A stretch of DNA of 64,000 nucleotides from Macrostomum lignano (taxonomy: Eukaryota), in the NCBI GenBank assembly GCA_002269645.1, contig NIVC01000655.1, forward strand, positions 1 to 64,000, in the 5' to 3' direction. Made by a program: the position numbers and the translations under genes. Below the pieces are notes generated by a model. The model saw only the letters and a program-made list of their open reading frames with translations. It made no database searches and had not been told where the DNA came from. Every line of letters begins with the position of its first letter. Position 1 is the stretch's first letter. This document shows, in pieces, positions 26,801 to 38,300 of this stretch.

Positions 26801-29416
26801 AAATTATACATGATTTCTCATGATTATCTATATATTTTTTATTCAGTATGGTAACGTCATCTCTAATTTATCAGTGGCATCAAGTGATTCTATTCTGTTA
26901 GTAAATTCTACAGAAAAGGCCTTTTATCTACGGCTTTAGAAAAAACATAACTAAGCTGTTATTAACAGTAGTATATAATGGGCGTTTAACCAGGACAATT
27001 TACGAGGTGTGTCCCAGAAGTAGTGTCACTTTTGCTTGCTTCCACAAGTATTAATGTGTGATGTGGGATGCTTGCTTTTTAGGGATTCTTGATATCTGCA
27101 GGGATGCTTGCTATCTGGGGGATGCTTGCTAGGGGATGCTTGCTATCTGGGGGATGCTTTGCTATCTGGGGGATGCTTTGCTATTTGGGGGATGCTTTGC
27201 TATTTGGGGGATGCTTGCTATCTGGGGGATGCTTGCTATCTGGGGGATGCTTGCTATCTGGGGGATGCTTGCTATCTGGGGGATGCTTGCTATCTTGTCC
27301 CTTGAGAGAGCAGGGACTCTAGCAAGCATCCCTGGATAGAAAGATTCCCATACATGTACTCGTATAGATACATGCAGCCAGTCCCCCTCTCCCAAATAGC
27401 AAGTACCCCCCTCTCGAGAAAAATCCTAGTAAAAATTGTCAAAATCTATTCCAAAAAATGTCTTAGTCAAAATCGATTGTTAACTGTTCAATATTGATTC
27501 GGAGTTGCCAAAAATGAAGCGGACTTTTTGGGTACACAAACCATAGAGTGTCAGTTTTGAAGCAACTCTGTCAAAATAGAATCAGACTTTGCAGCCCAAC
27601 CAGTCAGGCTATTTTAGTCTGTGTGTGTAAAGGATGGAGAAAAATAAATTTTATCAATACTTGTAGATCCAAAAGGCAAAGTCAGAATAAGCTGATTTTG
27701 CACAGCTCACTTCAGCCCCGTTCAAGCTTTCATTGGATTACTTTGTTACCGAATTCTCCCAGGAGAAGTTGACTAAACGTGCATTGTCAAAATTGAACCA
27801 GAGTTTTTCAAAAATGAAGCTTGATCTGTCAATATTGATTGTAGATTTTGAGTGCCCGATCATAGAGTGTCAATATTGAAGAGGAGTTTGTCAGTTTCGA
27901 AGTTCTCCTTGTTCAAAATCGAGGGTAAATGGTGTACTCGTCTTGTTATATCTAAGATTGTTAAATAAAATAAAAGTCGTGTGATTCTAAAACCAACTCT
28001 TTGTTATGTTTAATTTCCAATTAACGAAACAATTTTTTTGCGGCAGCTCTACTGCCGACTGCGGGAGACTAAAGGGGTGCTGGGGTAGGAAGCCTGTTTG
28101 CCATAGACGCAGAAATTCTGTAATCACGGGAGGGAGTCGGGGTGAGCTTGCGGCAGCAGAGCTGCCACTGGGAAATGAATGGTTAAGGCATTTGATTTTT
28201 TATCACACATTTATACTTGTGGAAGCAAGCAAAAGTGACACTACTTCTGGGACGACCCTCGTATTTGGAAATCGAGTCTTTAGGGAAGCGACAGCTTAAT
28301 TTAGGAGGCACAATTTCATTTGAAAAAGGTGCTTTAGCACCAGGGGCTTTAGCACCAGGGGCTTTAGCACCAGGGGCTTTAGCACCAGGGGCTTTAGCAC
28401 CAGGGGCTTTAGCACCAGGGGCTTTAGCACCAGGGGCTTTAGCACCAGGGGCTTTAGCACCAGGGGCGCCAGCACCAGGGGCTTTAGCACCAGGGGCGCC
28501 AGCACCAGGGGCTTTAGCACCAGGGGCTTTAGCACCAGGGGCTTTAGCACCAGGGGCGCCAGCACCAGGGGCTTTAGCACCAGGGGCTTTAGCACCAGGG
28601 GCGCCAGCACCAGGGGCGCCAGCACCAGGGGCGCCAGCACCAGGGGCTTTAGCACCAGGGGCGCCAGCACCAGGGGCTTTAGCACCAGGGGCTTTAGTAC
28701 CAGGGGCTTTAGCACCAGGGGCGCCAGCACCAGGGGCTTTAGCACCAGGGGCGCCAGCACCAGGGGCTTTAGCACCAGGGGCGCCAGCACCAGGGGCTTT
28801 AGCACCAGGGGCTTTAGCACCAGGGGCGCCAGCACCAGGGGCGCCAGCACCAGGGGCGCCAGCACCAGGGGCGCCAGCACCAGGGGCTTTAGCACCAGGG
28901 GCTTTAGCACCAGGGGCGCCAGCACCAGGGGCTTTAGCACCAGGGGCGCCAGCACCAGGGGCGCCAGCACCAGGAGCGCCAGCACCAGGGGCGCTATACT
29001 TTTGATGTTTTTAATACGTGTCAGTTTTTTACATCAAGAAGTACCAAAGCTACTAAAAGGGGCATCATCTCTTACGTGTTCTGTTTCCCTCGCAGGACCG
29101 TCTAGAGGTGTACGCCTCCGCGCTGCAGCTGCGTTCTGCCGGTCGCGACAACGAGGCGGTGAAACTCCTAGCCAACGCCAGCTACCTGGAAGACAATCTC
29201 ATCAGTGTAGTGTTCCAGTTCAACAGCAACCAGGCCAAGAAGGTCACGGAGAATTACATTCTTGGCCTATCGGCTTTTATCAGCCAGATTGGCGGCCTGT
29301 TGTCCCTATTCAGTGGCATCACCGTGATCTGCATCGCCGAGCTGGCCGAGCTAATCTGGCTGGTGCTACGGCACCTGGCCTGTCCAGAGCCTGCCGATGC
29401 CGCTGATGCTTCTTGA
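23842..29416 (+). CDS. DEG/ENaC (amiloride-sensitive/ASIC-like) channel subunit; exons 23842-24483, 25504-25887, 26444-26764, 29096-29416; exon 3 has a 1-nt frameshift (~26480) and an in-frame TGA (26555-26557)
   Basis: Pre-TM1 STVRGLPRI, TM1 LRALWTMAVLVFF, FPSVTVC, Cys-rich thumb CNCSMSC...PPC...TCL...RCDPLC, and TM2 ISQIGGLLSLFSGITVICIAE. All junctions are phase-0 GT-AG. Confidence 0.85.
24640..25060 (+). mobile_element. Decayed dispersed repeat (copy in DEG/ENaC intron 1); weakly resembles the REL endonuclease end of an R2/NeSL-like LINE
   Basis: Nucleotide similarity by eye to 40780-41180 (+), 40500-40720 (-) and 23240-23390 (-). Conserved text includes ISTV..AG.LI.V.EG, LEFCV and KWLGIPNV. 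Confidence 0.4.
27060..27295. repeat. 18-19-bp minisatellite GGGATGCTTGCTATCTGG, DEG/ENaC intron 3
   Basis: Read directly from the sequence. Confidence 0.92.
28331..28990. repeat. 15-bp two-variant minisatellite (GCTTTAGCACCAGGG / GCGCCAGCACCAGGG), ~44 units, DEG/ENaC intron 3
   Basis: Read directly from the sequence. Confidence 0.97.
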
Positions 29417-29875
29417 GTTTCGGATGAAGCGACACTACGCATCAAGAAATAAAAATATTTATTTTAATCGAAACTTTTTCATCAATCGGAATTAATTTTA
29501 GTCTTCATCGGAATTTCCATCTATCGAAATCATATTCTTAATTATTTTTGTTAAATCAAAATGATACATCTACGTAGATTTCTCCTCTTAATTTTAACAA
29601 CCGATGAAAATTCACGCGTCTCTACCATTTTGCAGTCTTTGTAACGGGTTGGAGTGTTCAAGTTGATGCTGTGTAGAATAACATGATTAACTATAAATCA
29701 ATACTAAACTTCTGCACCACAGAAGAACTATCTAGGATCGAGCTAACTAAGGGTGAATTAAATACTTATTTAATGTGAAAAATAGGAAAACGTTGAAATC
29801 GATATATCTATACTCTAGATAGTATATATATACTCTAGCTAGCTACAGGAGAATCAGAGAGAAAAGAACCACTAA

Positions 29876-30799
29876 AGGGGGTGTCAACTTAAGCGCTAGA
29901 ATGGAGCCCAAAGCAAGGCTCCAGACCAAACCGACTGGAATCGATAACTGGTCGGACCAGGTGACTGGACGGCATCCGTCTTGGATTTTTCTAGCTGTCA
30001 TTTTCTCGCGCCATAATTCGAAATCCTACCGCGTGATTCTTAGAGTGCGTGACAGCAGCGGACAATCGCTTTGGTTTTAGAGATCCAGGATTGCAACTTC
30101 TTCATGAAGCTGGAAGTAGGACTGCAGGCTGCGATTGTCATGTAATGGCAGTGCTCAAACTCCTGGGCTGCTACGCTTACCACCAAGATAGCTATCGAAG
30201 GTCTCGAACTAGCCTTCGCTTTGTTGGTTCCGCTCTTCCACGCAGCCTTGTTGCCAGACTTTATGCCAGAGAAAATGCTTTACCACAGCAGCGGAAGCCT
30301 ACTGAGCAACAGTCTAGCGGCCAGCAATAGGAGTTTCAGTCAGCCAGCAGCAGCTCACGATCCAAGCCTCAGTCTTCAAGAGTCTTTGGTCTTCAAAACC
30401 ATGGTCAGCAGTGCTACGCAATTGTTGTTGCACTGTTTCACTGCATCAGCAGCAAAGTCCAGCTCTTTCAGCCGGTCAGAGGTGGGGCAGTGAACACCGC
30501 AATGACCAACCTGATGACGTCTATGGCGACTGGATCAGCAAGCGTAGATCAACTTGTCGAAGCTATCCGAAGCCGATATCCGCAGCAGTTTGCGCCAAGA
30601 CAGCAACACTGCATGAACGAGCTGCTACAGTGCATTCTGCCAGAGTTGCAGCTACAGCGTCATTGCCTAAGCGAACACCTGGTCCGAACGTCTAGTCACC
30701 TGGTCCGACCAGTTATCGATTCCAGTCGGTTTGGTCTGGAGCCTTGCTTTGGGCTCCATTCTAGCGCCATTCTAGCTCCATTCTAAGTTAACACCCCCT
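29876..30799 (+). mobile_element. Non-autonomous TIR DNA transposon (~95-110 bp TIRs) carrying a USP/C19-peptidase-like coding fragment
   Basis: 29876-29971 (AGGGGGTGTCAACTT...GCTAGAATGGAGCCCAAAGCAAGGCTCCAGACCAAACCGACTGGAATCGATAACTGGTCGGACCAGGTGACT) is the reverse complement of 30689-30799. The internal frame reads GLQNHGQQCYAIVVALFHC (30388-30444) and RQQHCMNELLQCIL (30598-30639). Confidence 0.75.
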
Positions 30800-32371
30800 T
30801 TGTTAAGATACACGCTCGTTTGACGCAACGGCAAGAGTTAATATTTAAATTTATGTTTGCTCGGTCGGCTGCACTAATTTAAATACGTTTTCGTCGCTTT
30901 TGCATTTTGTAAATTCGTGGTGCGATTTCATGACGATCTGATAGAACTTAAGTCTCATTTGCACTGTAAGTGCAAGCTGGCCTACATACTGAATTAGATT
31001 TAAGAGTTTAAAACTGTTAGACCTCACGAATTGCCCAGGCATATAAAGCTCATATACGGTTCTCCACACAAACGAAGTAGTTACGAAAAAGTCTAACTTT
31101 TTTCTCTGGTCGTGTTATCCACTGGCCTATAGGATATAAAATAGGTAGACTTATATATAGAGGATAAAAAATATGGACGCCCCTAATTACGGTTGAGTTG
31201 TAACTTGTAAGACAAAAGACATTTGGTTAATTTCGTTTTTGTCAATAGCTAATCTATAATGTTGAATATATTTAGATAGCCGAAAAGCTACAGTCATAAA
31301 AATGTTTTTTGTTTGTTAATTGTGTTAAAAAAATCCTGGGATACGTGCTGGTTAACAATTAATATTACAAACACACAACTACGAGTATAAATCATGCAGT
31401 AGCTAGATTAGCAAAATGAAGCGATTAAATATAGATTCTTTGTTTGATCGTCTGATAGTGACTCACATATAAATCTAAACTACATTCAGATTGGAAATTC
31501 TACTAAGAGCTAATTAACGATAATGCTGTTAGAGAAAGTATTAAAAGCGAGATATAGTAGCTACTGTATTAATGTAGATAGGCTAAAGATTGATTATTAA
31601 TATATAAACTATAGCTATGTAAACTACGAACCAATTAAAAGGTTTACTAAAAAAATATTGAAAAAATGTTGGATTGAGACAAATGGTAAAAAGATATAAC
31701 ATTTGAGATTTTGAAAATCACTCTCGTTCACCAAGTTAACAATTAATAGAAGGGCAATATATGTATGCAATATACATGCAGTTTCCGTGTACCTAGAGAT
31801 AGTGAATGTGTAAAACTTGAGTAAAAACAATCCAATAAAGCTTTGTGGCTTGTAATCTGATCAGACAATGTCAACTAGCTTTTAAAAGAACTCATACAAC
31901 AGGTGTTAGAAATTTATGGCTCTACTCCTACGGTCATTAACGAGACGCACTACTAAAAAACATATTTTCTTTTTTGTTTTGATATAATGTTTGGAAAAGT
32001 CATGCATTCAATTCAAATTCGGCACAGAGAGCTACAAACATGCGCTTCGCTAACACTCAGAATTCGGTATACAAGCCTGGAATAAAATTTATAGTATTTA
32101 AACAAAACACAAACAAATTATACAGCAAGTTAGGATTGTTTATTGAATGCAGATATTGAATGCAGATATTGAATGCAGATATTGAATGCAGATATTTTGG
32201 ACCCGCCTGAGCACGGTTTATTTTCCCAAGATACATGTAAAAAGCTAGCTACACCTACTAATTTTCTCTAATTTAATCAGAAATTAGCCACAAAACTTTA
32301 GAAACTCCAAATGTCAGAAGGGTGGCGGAATGAAAATTGTATTTTATACTTTTCATGTTGTCAGTAATCAT

Positions 32372-35300
32372 TCATTCCAGCGCTAACTGATGCAAGTGCA
32401 TCCATATTTCTCCGGCATGCTTGCAGTAAAGGCTTTCGTGCCAGTCATCGAACACTTCATAGCCTGGGTAGCACACTGAAATCTCATTTAATGGCATTTC
32501 TCGAACTCTTGGTTGACTACGCATCTCCAACTTCACGAGGGCATGCAGTTTTTCCATTAGAATACTTCGCTGGTCTCTCAGGTCAGTAGGGAGCGCGTTC
32601 TTGAGTTCCGGACTTAAGGGCTCTGAGCCATCGAATTTACTCGGTTCAAAACCGTCATCAGCCAGGTGCTGCCAGAGGTGGTGATCAAGCGACAACCACA
32701 ATAGTCTAATGTGCTCAACAGTCACGTGCCGACGAAGAGACTCGCTTGGGAGTCCGTCTTCCATCCTAAGGCTCGAAGTCATAAATTCATGAAGCAGCAT
32801 CTGAGGATCAAGTTTAGATCGCACTGAGATCAGGAAGTTCACTACCACCTTAAGGGATTCATCCAGTAAAGCAGTGATCACGGGCGTGGCGAGCCTGCGA
32901 TTTAGTGCATTTTGTGTCTGGCTGTCTTTAACTTCTTTCGCCTGCGGAACCACCCGTTCCAACTGCTCAAAGAACTCTAGAAGGTTGAACTCCTCTTTGT
33001 AGACCATCTCCTGGAGGAAGCCAACGATTCGAACGCGACCCCTAACGAGTCTTTCCAGCAGTTGCTGCTCCAGTCCATGGAAGTTGTACGCCACCTGGCA
33101 TCCTTCACCTTTACGCAGTGAGTAGGTACAGTTGGCGAGCAGCATTGGCAGTAGATCTTCATCTGGATCAAATTCAATCACACTGGCAGCATCGACATTT
33201 GGCAGGTCAACTTCGTCCAGTTCGATTCCGCTGGCCTCCATTACGGCATTGTGAGCGTCTACAAGCAGCTGAACCAACCCAATAATACACCTGCCCCATG
33301 GTCCTTTGTGCGGCAAAAGTGCGGCAAGAGGAAAATCGGAATTCGCTTCAAGGGCATGCTTCTCGACCTTTCCGGCATCTCCACTACTAAAGCGAACTCC
33401 TCGAGTAGCCAGCAGATGTCTCAGCTCATTCCAAACACGAATGAAAACTTGATATGCGTCAGGATTTCTGCTACAACGCGTTCGCGCGGCTGAAATTCTC
33501 TGATTCTTTGACGCCTTCAGCTCCTTGTTTCTTTTCCAAGCGGATACGAGCTCGTTAACCATATTCACCAAGACAGGAAGCTCTTTGACATTCCGAAGCA
33601 CGGGTTCCCACTTGATGATCGCATCAGTCAGCCTGTACTGACCTCTCTCGTTGCCTCCGAGCTCCTGGAAGGCTTGTCTCGCGTTCTCCACTGTAATAAT
33701 GCGACGGAAACGCCACAAAAGCGCCTGTGTGTCGCTAGTGTCGCGTTCAGAAGTCTCATGAATTAGCTTCACGATTTCCGAAGCAGTTCCCGAGTCGTCA
33801 TGGCTCACAATCCTGTTTGACTCGCGGAGATGGTCGTCCAAGTTGTCGAGAATAGGTTGCAAAAGACTCGCGTACATGCGATTTTCGAATGCCCGTCGTT
33901 CTTGATCTTTTTTTAGGTCAAACCCGGTCTTTTCGGTGCTTTTCTTCAATTGCATTTCAAGTACCAGGTGCAGCGTGTGGTATGCATCCTCCTCACTGCG
34001 ACCGGTGCTGCCAGTAAAGAGCCGCAGTCCTGTCTTGAACTCTTTAACGCTATCCTCGTGGTTGTCTTTCATGAGGGCCAGGCTTTGAAGCAGCCGTAGC
34101 AGCGCCACACTGCAGCCAGACAGCTGGCGTACTGCTTCAGGTCTTGTCGAACCAGAATCCAATGCCACAAAGTCCTTTTTGGTTTGATCCATCGACTCAA
34201 ACTTTTGATTGCCTTCAGCCGAAACATGGCGCTGACCGCCGATTGTGCTGCCACAGTCAAAGCAGGTGCCCGTGTCCCATGGTCGCGTGCACTGCGAGTT
34301 GTGAATTGGTTTTTATTCGCTGTCAGTCTGTGATAGCTAAATTAAAATTTTTAGTCAATATTCCTTGTCTAGCCAGCACCCAGCAATGGCTAGAAGAACT
34401 TTAGCAAAACTTTTTTTGCAAAGCTAGAAGATTCATATTGTTTTATTTTTGCTAAGCAAAAAAATCTAAAAGTAAAAATTATAGATTTTATTAGGTACCT
34501 CAGTTCATCGCGTTTTATTCAGACGTTGTACCTCTATACCATTTTACCTCTTATTCTGAACAAAGTCTTGTTCAAAAGAAACAAGCAGAACTTCAATTCA
34601 AACACTTTAAGAAATCTCAGCGCTTGCCGAAATTCAGTTTAAACAAAGTCCCTTTCTATTGAAACAGATGAAGTTCAATTAGGACTGTCTGTGGTCAAAA
34701 TTGTCCCTGAGTGAAGCGCACGTGCAGCTTTGAAATTCAAAAGAAACAAAGTTGCATTCTATTTTGGCAAAGAGATATCGATGAGCATAAGAGTAAAATG
34801 TCTAACAGCAACGAGTCAATGTCAGTTGGTCAACTTGAGCCACCTAACCATCAATTTTCTGTCCACCAAGGCAGCGAGGGACGCATGTAAACATGCTTGA
34901 ACCACTCAGTGCACTTGTCCGCAGAGATGCAGCCAACGGTTCTGTCCACCATGCCATAAAGGAGGTCTTGCCATCCTTGGGCTTCTCTTCCGCTCTGCCT
35001 GACCTCAATCATGTACGGGTATATTGACCTCTTGACTTCAAGTTGGCGCGCCAGTTCCACAAAGTCATCCGCACTATCAGCAGCCTTGATGATACGGTCT
35101 CTGTCACTGTTGGTTAGAAAAGCGTACTGCTGAGACTGCTGTTCCACGATCTCTTCCTCAAGTTATGCTTCAAATTAATCGATTCCGTCCTCTTCCACCA
35201 ATTTATCGTCTTCTTCAATCAGATCTTCAACACTCACGTTAATTATTAGTGTGCAAAAATTGTACAGTTATGTAGTACATTGAAAGTTAAAACAAAAAAC

Positions 35301-38300
35301 AGATTAAAATTTAAGAATTGCTGTCGAAACAGAATGTAACTTTGTTTCTTCTGAATTTCCTATCTGCTCATGCGCATCACTCAGGAACAATTTTGGCCAC
35401 ATACAGTCTGAATTGAAGTTCATCTGCTTCAATAGAAAAATACTTTGTTTGAATTGACTTTGCACAAGCACTGAGATTTCTTAAAGTGTTTGAATTTAAG
35501 TTCTGCTTGTTTCTTTTGAACAAGACTTTGTTCAAAACAAGAGGTAAAATGGTGTAATATCGCTTGGCTTCAACTAAGCCCCATTCGTATTCTTCTAGAC
35601 GCACCCATGTCAAAGACTTCAATAAGTTAAAATTTTTAGCATCGCCATAAACGCTGAATAAGTATATGGAACCTATACCATGGAGCTCTAGGTTTACTTG
35701 CAATACTTCAAAATGAAATACACATTTAGAAATTTACAATTGAATAAAGCAAGTTTGAAAAAAATCGGTTCAGGCATTCAGGCTGTAGACTGGAATACTG
35801 GACAAACCTTAGAGATTTAGTATATTGTGATGAACAATCTTACCATAGATACTCGTAGTAGAAACACTAATTTTTTTCTACAATCTTAGTTATCGTATAA
35901 TACTCGTACATGCATAATTTATAAATACTCGTATACGGGTTTGTGCCGCCAGTGCAAACCGGCTTTAGTCAGCCAGCCCAGCTTGGCCTTGGGGTGTTGG
36001 TTGGGAGGGTGGTTGCTCTGGGTTATGCTTATAACCCCACGGTGTATCAGTTGGGGCGGCTGTTCGCCCGCGCTCAATTTTTTGCTCAATCATGCCTCCA
36101 AACTGCAAATCAAGCGCACGCAATGAGCTTTTACTCCAAACCATTGACTTGGATGCCCCGCGCGAGAAACTAAGCGAGCTAGGCTTGTCAGCGCGTGGCT
36201 CTAAAGAAAAACTAATTGGAACGGCTCCTAGTGCACCTGAGCGACCAGACAGACGACGAGCGGCCCAGTGGGCGACAGACGGCCGAGATTTCAAGCATTG
36301 TTGCTGGAGCAGACTGACACAGCGAAGTGCAGACACGCTCTCCTACGGTGGTGGCGCACGCAAGGCCAGGTGCAGCGGGCGATCTCGACCTGGAGATTTG
36401 CGAAGCCGAGAAGAGGATTCGTCTGCTCACACTGCGCAAACAAGAAGCTGCTCTGGAGGCCGAATTGAAGATCAGTGCTGCTGTACAGCCCGGTGAGTTG
36501 TTTAAAGCAGTTGTTGACCCTTCATGTGTAGCTAGTGAAACTAGTAGTTGCACTAAGGACGGCATGGCGTGCACCAAGTCCTACTGCGTGATTGATTTCA
36601 TCAGCCAAAGAAAATTGAGACAGTTTGGTGTACCGGAAGGACAGAACAAGCCCAGCAAGACAAGCCTAAAGCAGAAAGATCGGCGACCTCTTTGACCTCG
36701 GATTCGAGCGTTCTCAAATTATGCGTCTGGATGATGAGTGTCGGCTTGGCCAGACCAGCCCTACTCAGAGGCAATCGCATAGCTCTGATGTTACCCTCGC
36801 AGCTTCGTACCTGATGGCACCACCGCGGCAGAACCCGTCGACGAAAACAAACCGCCCAACTCGGCGCCCGGCCGTCTGCTTTGATTTCAACAAAACCTCC
36901 GGCTGTGCGAGGGCAAACTGCCGGTACGCCCATCACTGCCGTAGATGTGGCGGCCAGCATTCTGAGACGCTCGGTCACAAGGAGGAAGCAGCGCGGGATA
37001 TCTGACTCCCTGATGACTATTTTATCCCCAAAGTTTTAGCGTCTGACCTCGATTGTGCTGCGTGGACGGAAGAGATCAGCGGTGTTGATTTGCCGGTGGA
37101 AAAGAAGCAGTTCATTTTGGCTGGCATGTCTAAAGGCTTTCGGGTCGCGAGTTTCAATTCTCCGCTGACTGAGCAGGTCGAGGTCGGCAATTACAGCTCT
37201 GTTTCTCAAATGCACTCTGCTTGCCAACGTCAGATTGAGCGCGAGATCTCTCTCGGGCGCTACAAAGTCGTACCTTCGTCGCAAAAACCGCTGATAGTGT
37301 CCTCGGAGCTGTGCAGAAGTCTGACGGCATATCTGTTAGGCTCATTCGTAACTGCAGTCGGCCAATCGGAAAATCTTTGAATGATCATTTTACGCAAGAC
37401 GGGAAGTTGCGGTTTGCAAGAGCGCAGGACTTCGCTAGGCACCGGCACCCGGGCGACTTTATGTGCAAAGTTGACCTCCGGGAAGCGTACTGGTCATGCG
37501 GCCTCCATCCTAGTGAGTCCGCTTACGAGAATCAAATTTCGGCCTGACGGACAGCATTCGGATGTCTACATGGTCGACACCCGCCTTCCATTCGGTGAAG
37601 CCGCGTCGGTTAAGTGTTTTTATGAGCTCAACAACGCCATTAAACTGATGATGATCAAGCGCGGCTTTGTTACACTGTGGCATGTCTGGATGACTTCGCC
37701 TTTTGTGGCTCATTGGAGCATTGCAAGCAATTCTTCGCTCAGCTGCCCGCTCTGCTTCAGAGACTCGGCTTCACAGTCAACTGGGACAAGTGCGTCGGCC
37801 CAACCCAGCGTATGAATTTTCTAGGCATAGAATTCGACTCTGTGACCGGTGCGATGGGATTACCAGCCGAGAAGGTCGCGCAGATTTTGCTTACCATCAA
37901 CCTCGTCTCATCTAGAGCATGTGTTTCCAAGCGGTGCCTCCGGCAACTGATTGGCAAGCTGAATTGGGTAGCTCAGGTCCTTCGGCATGGGAGATCTTTC
38001 CTGCATGATCTGAACAAGCACAGCAATCGGCAAGCACACCGTTACCACCGGACTCGCGCGCATCGATGATGGACTGCGCGCTCAGCTGAACTGGAGGACG
38101 GCTGCACTGCGTACGGCTCAGTGGCGCCAGCTTTGGCCGAACCCCTTTAATTTGGTGGTAATAGAATCTGACTCCTGCAAGAAGGGTGCTGCGGCCGTGA
38201 TCCGTTCTTCCGATGGCTGGACGGACTGGCGCTACATCAGCTGGGAGCATGCAGGACATTGGCAGAGAGTTTGTCGACTTTTCCATCAACTAAAAGGAGG

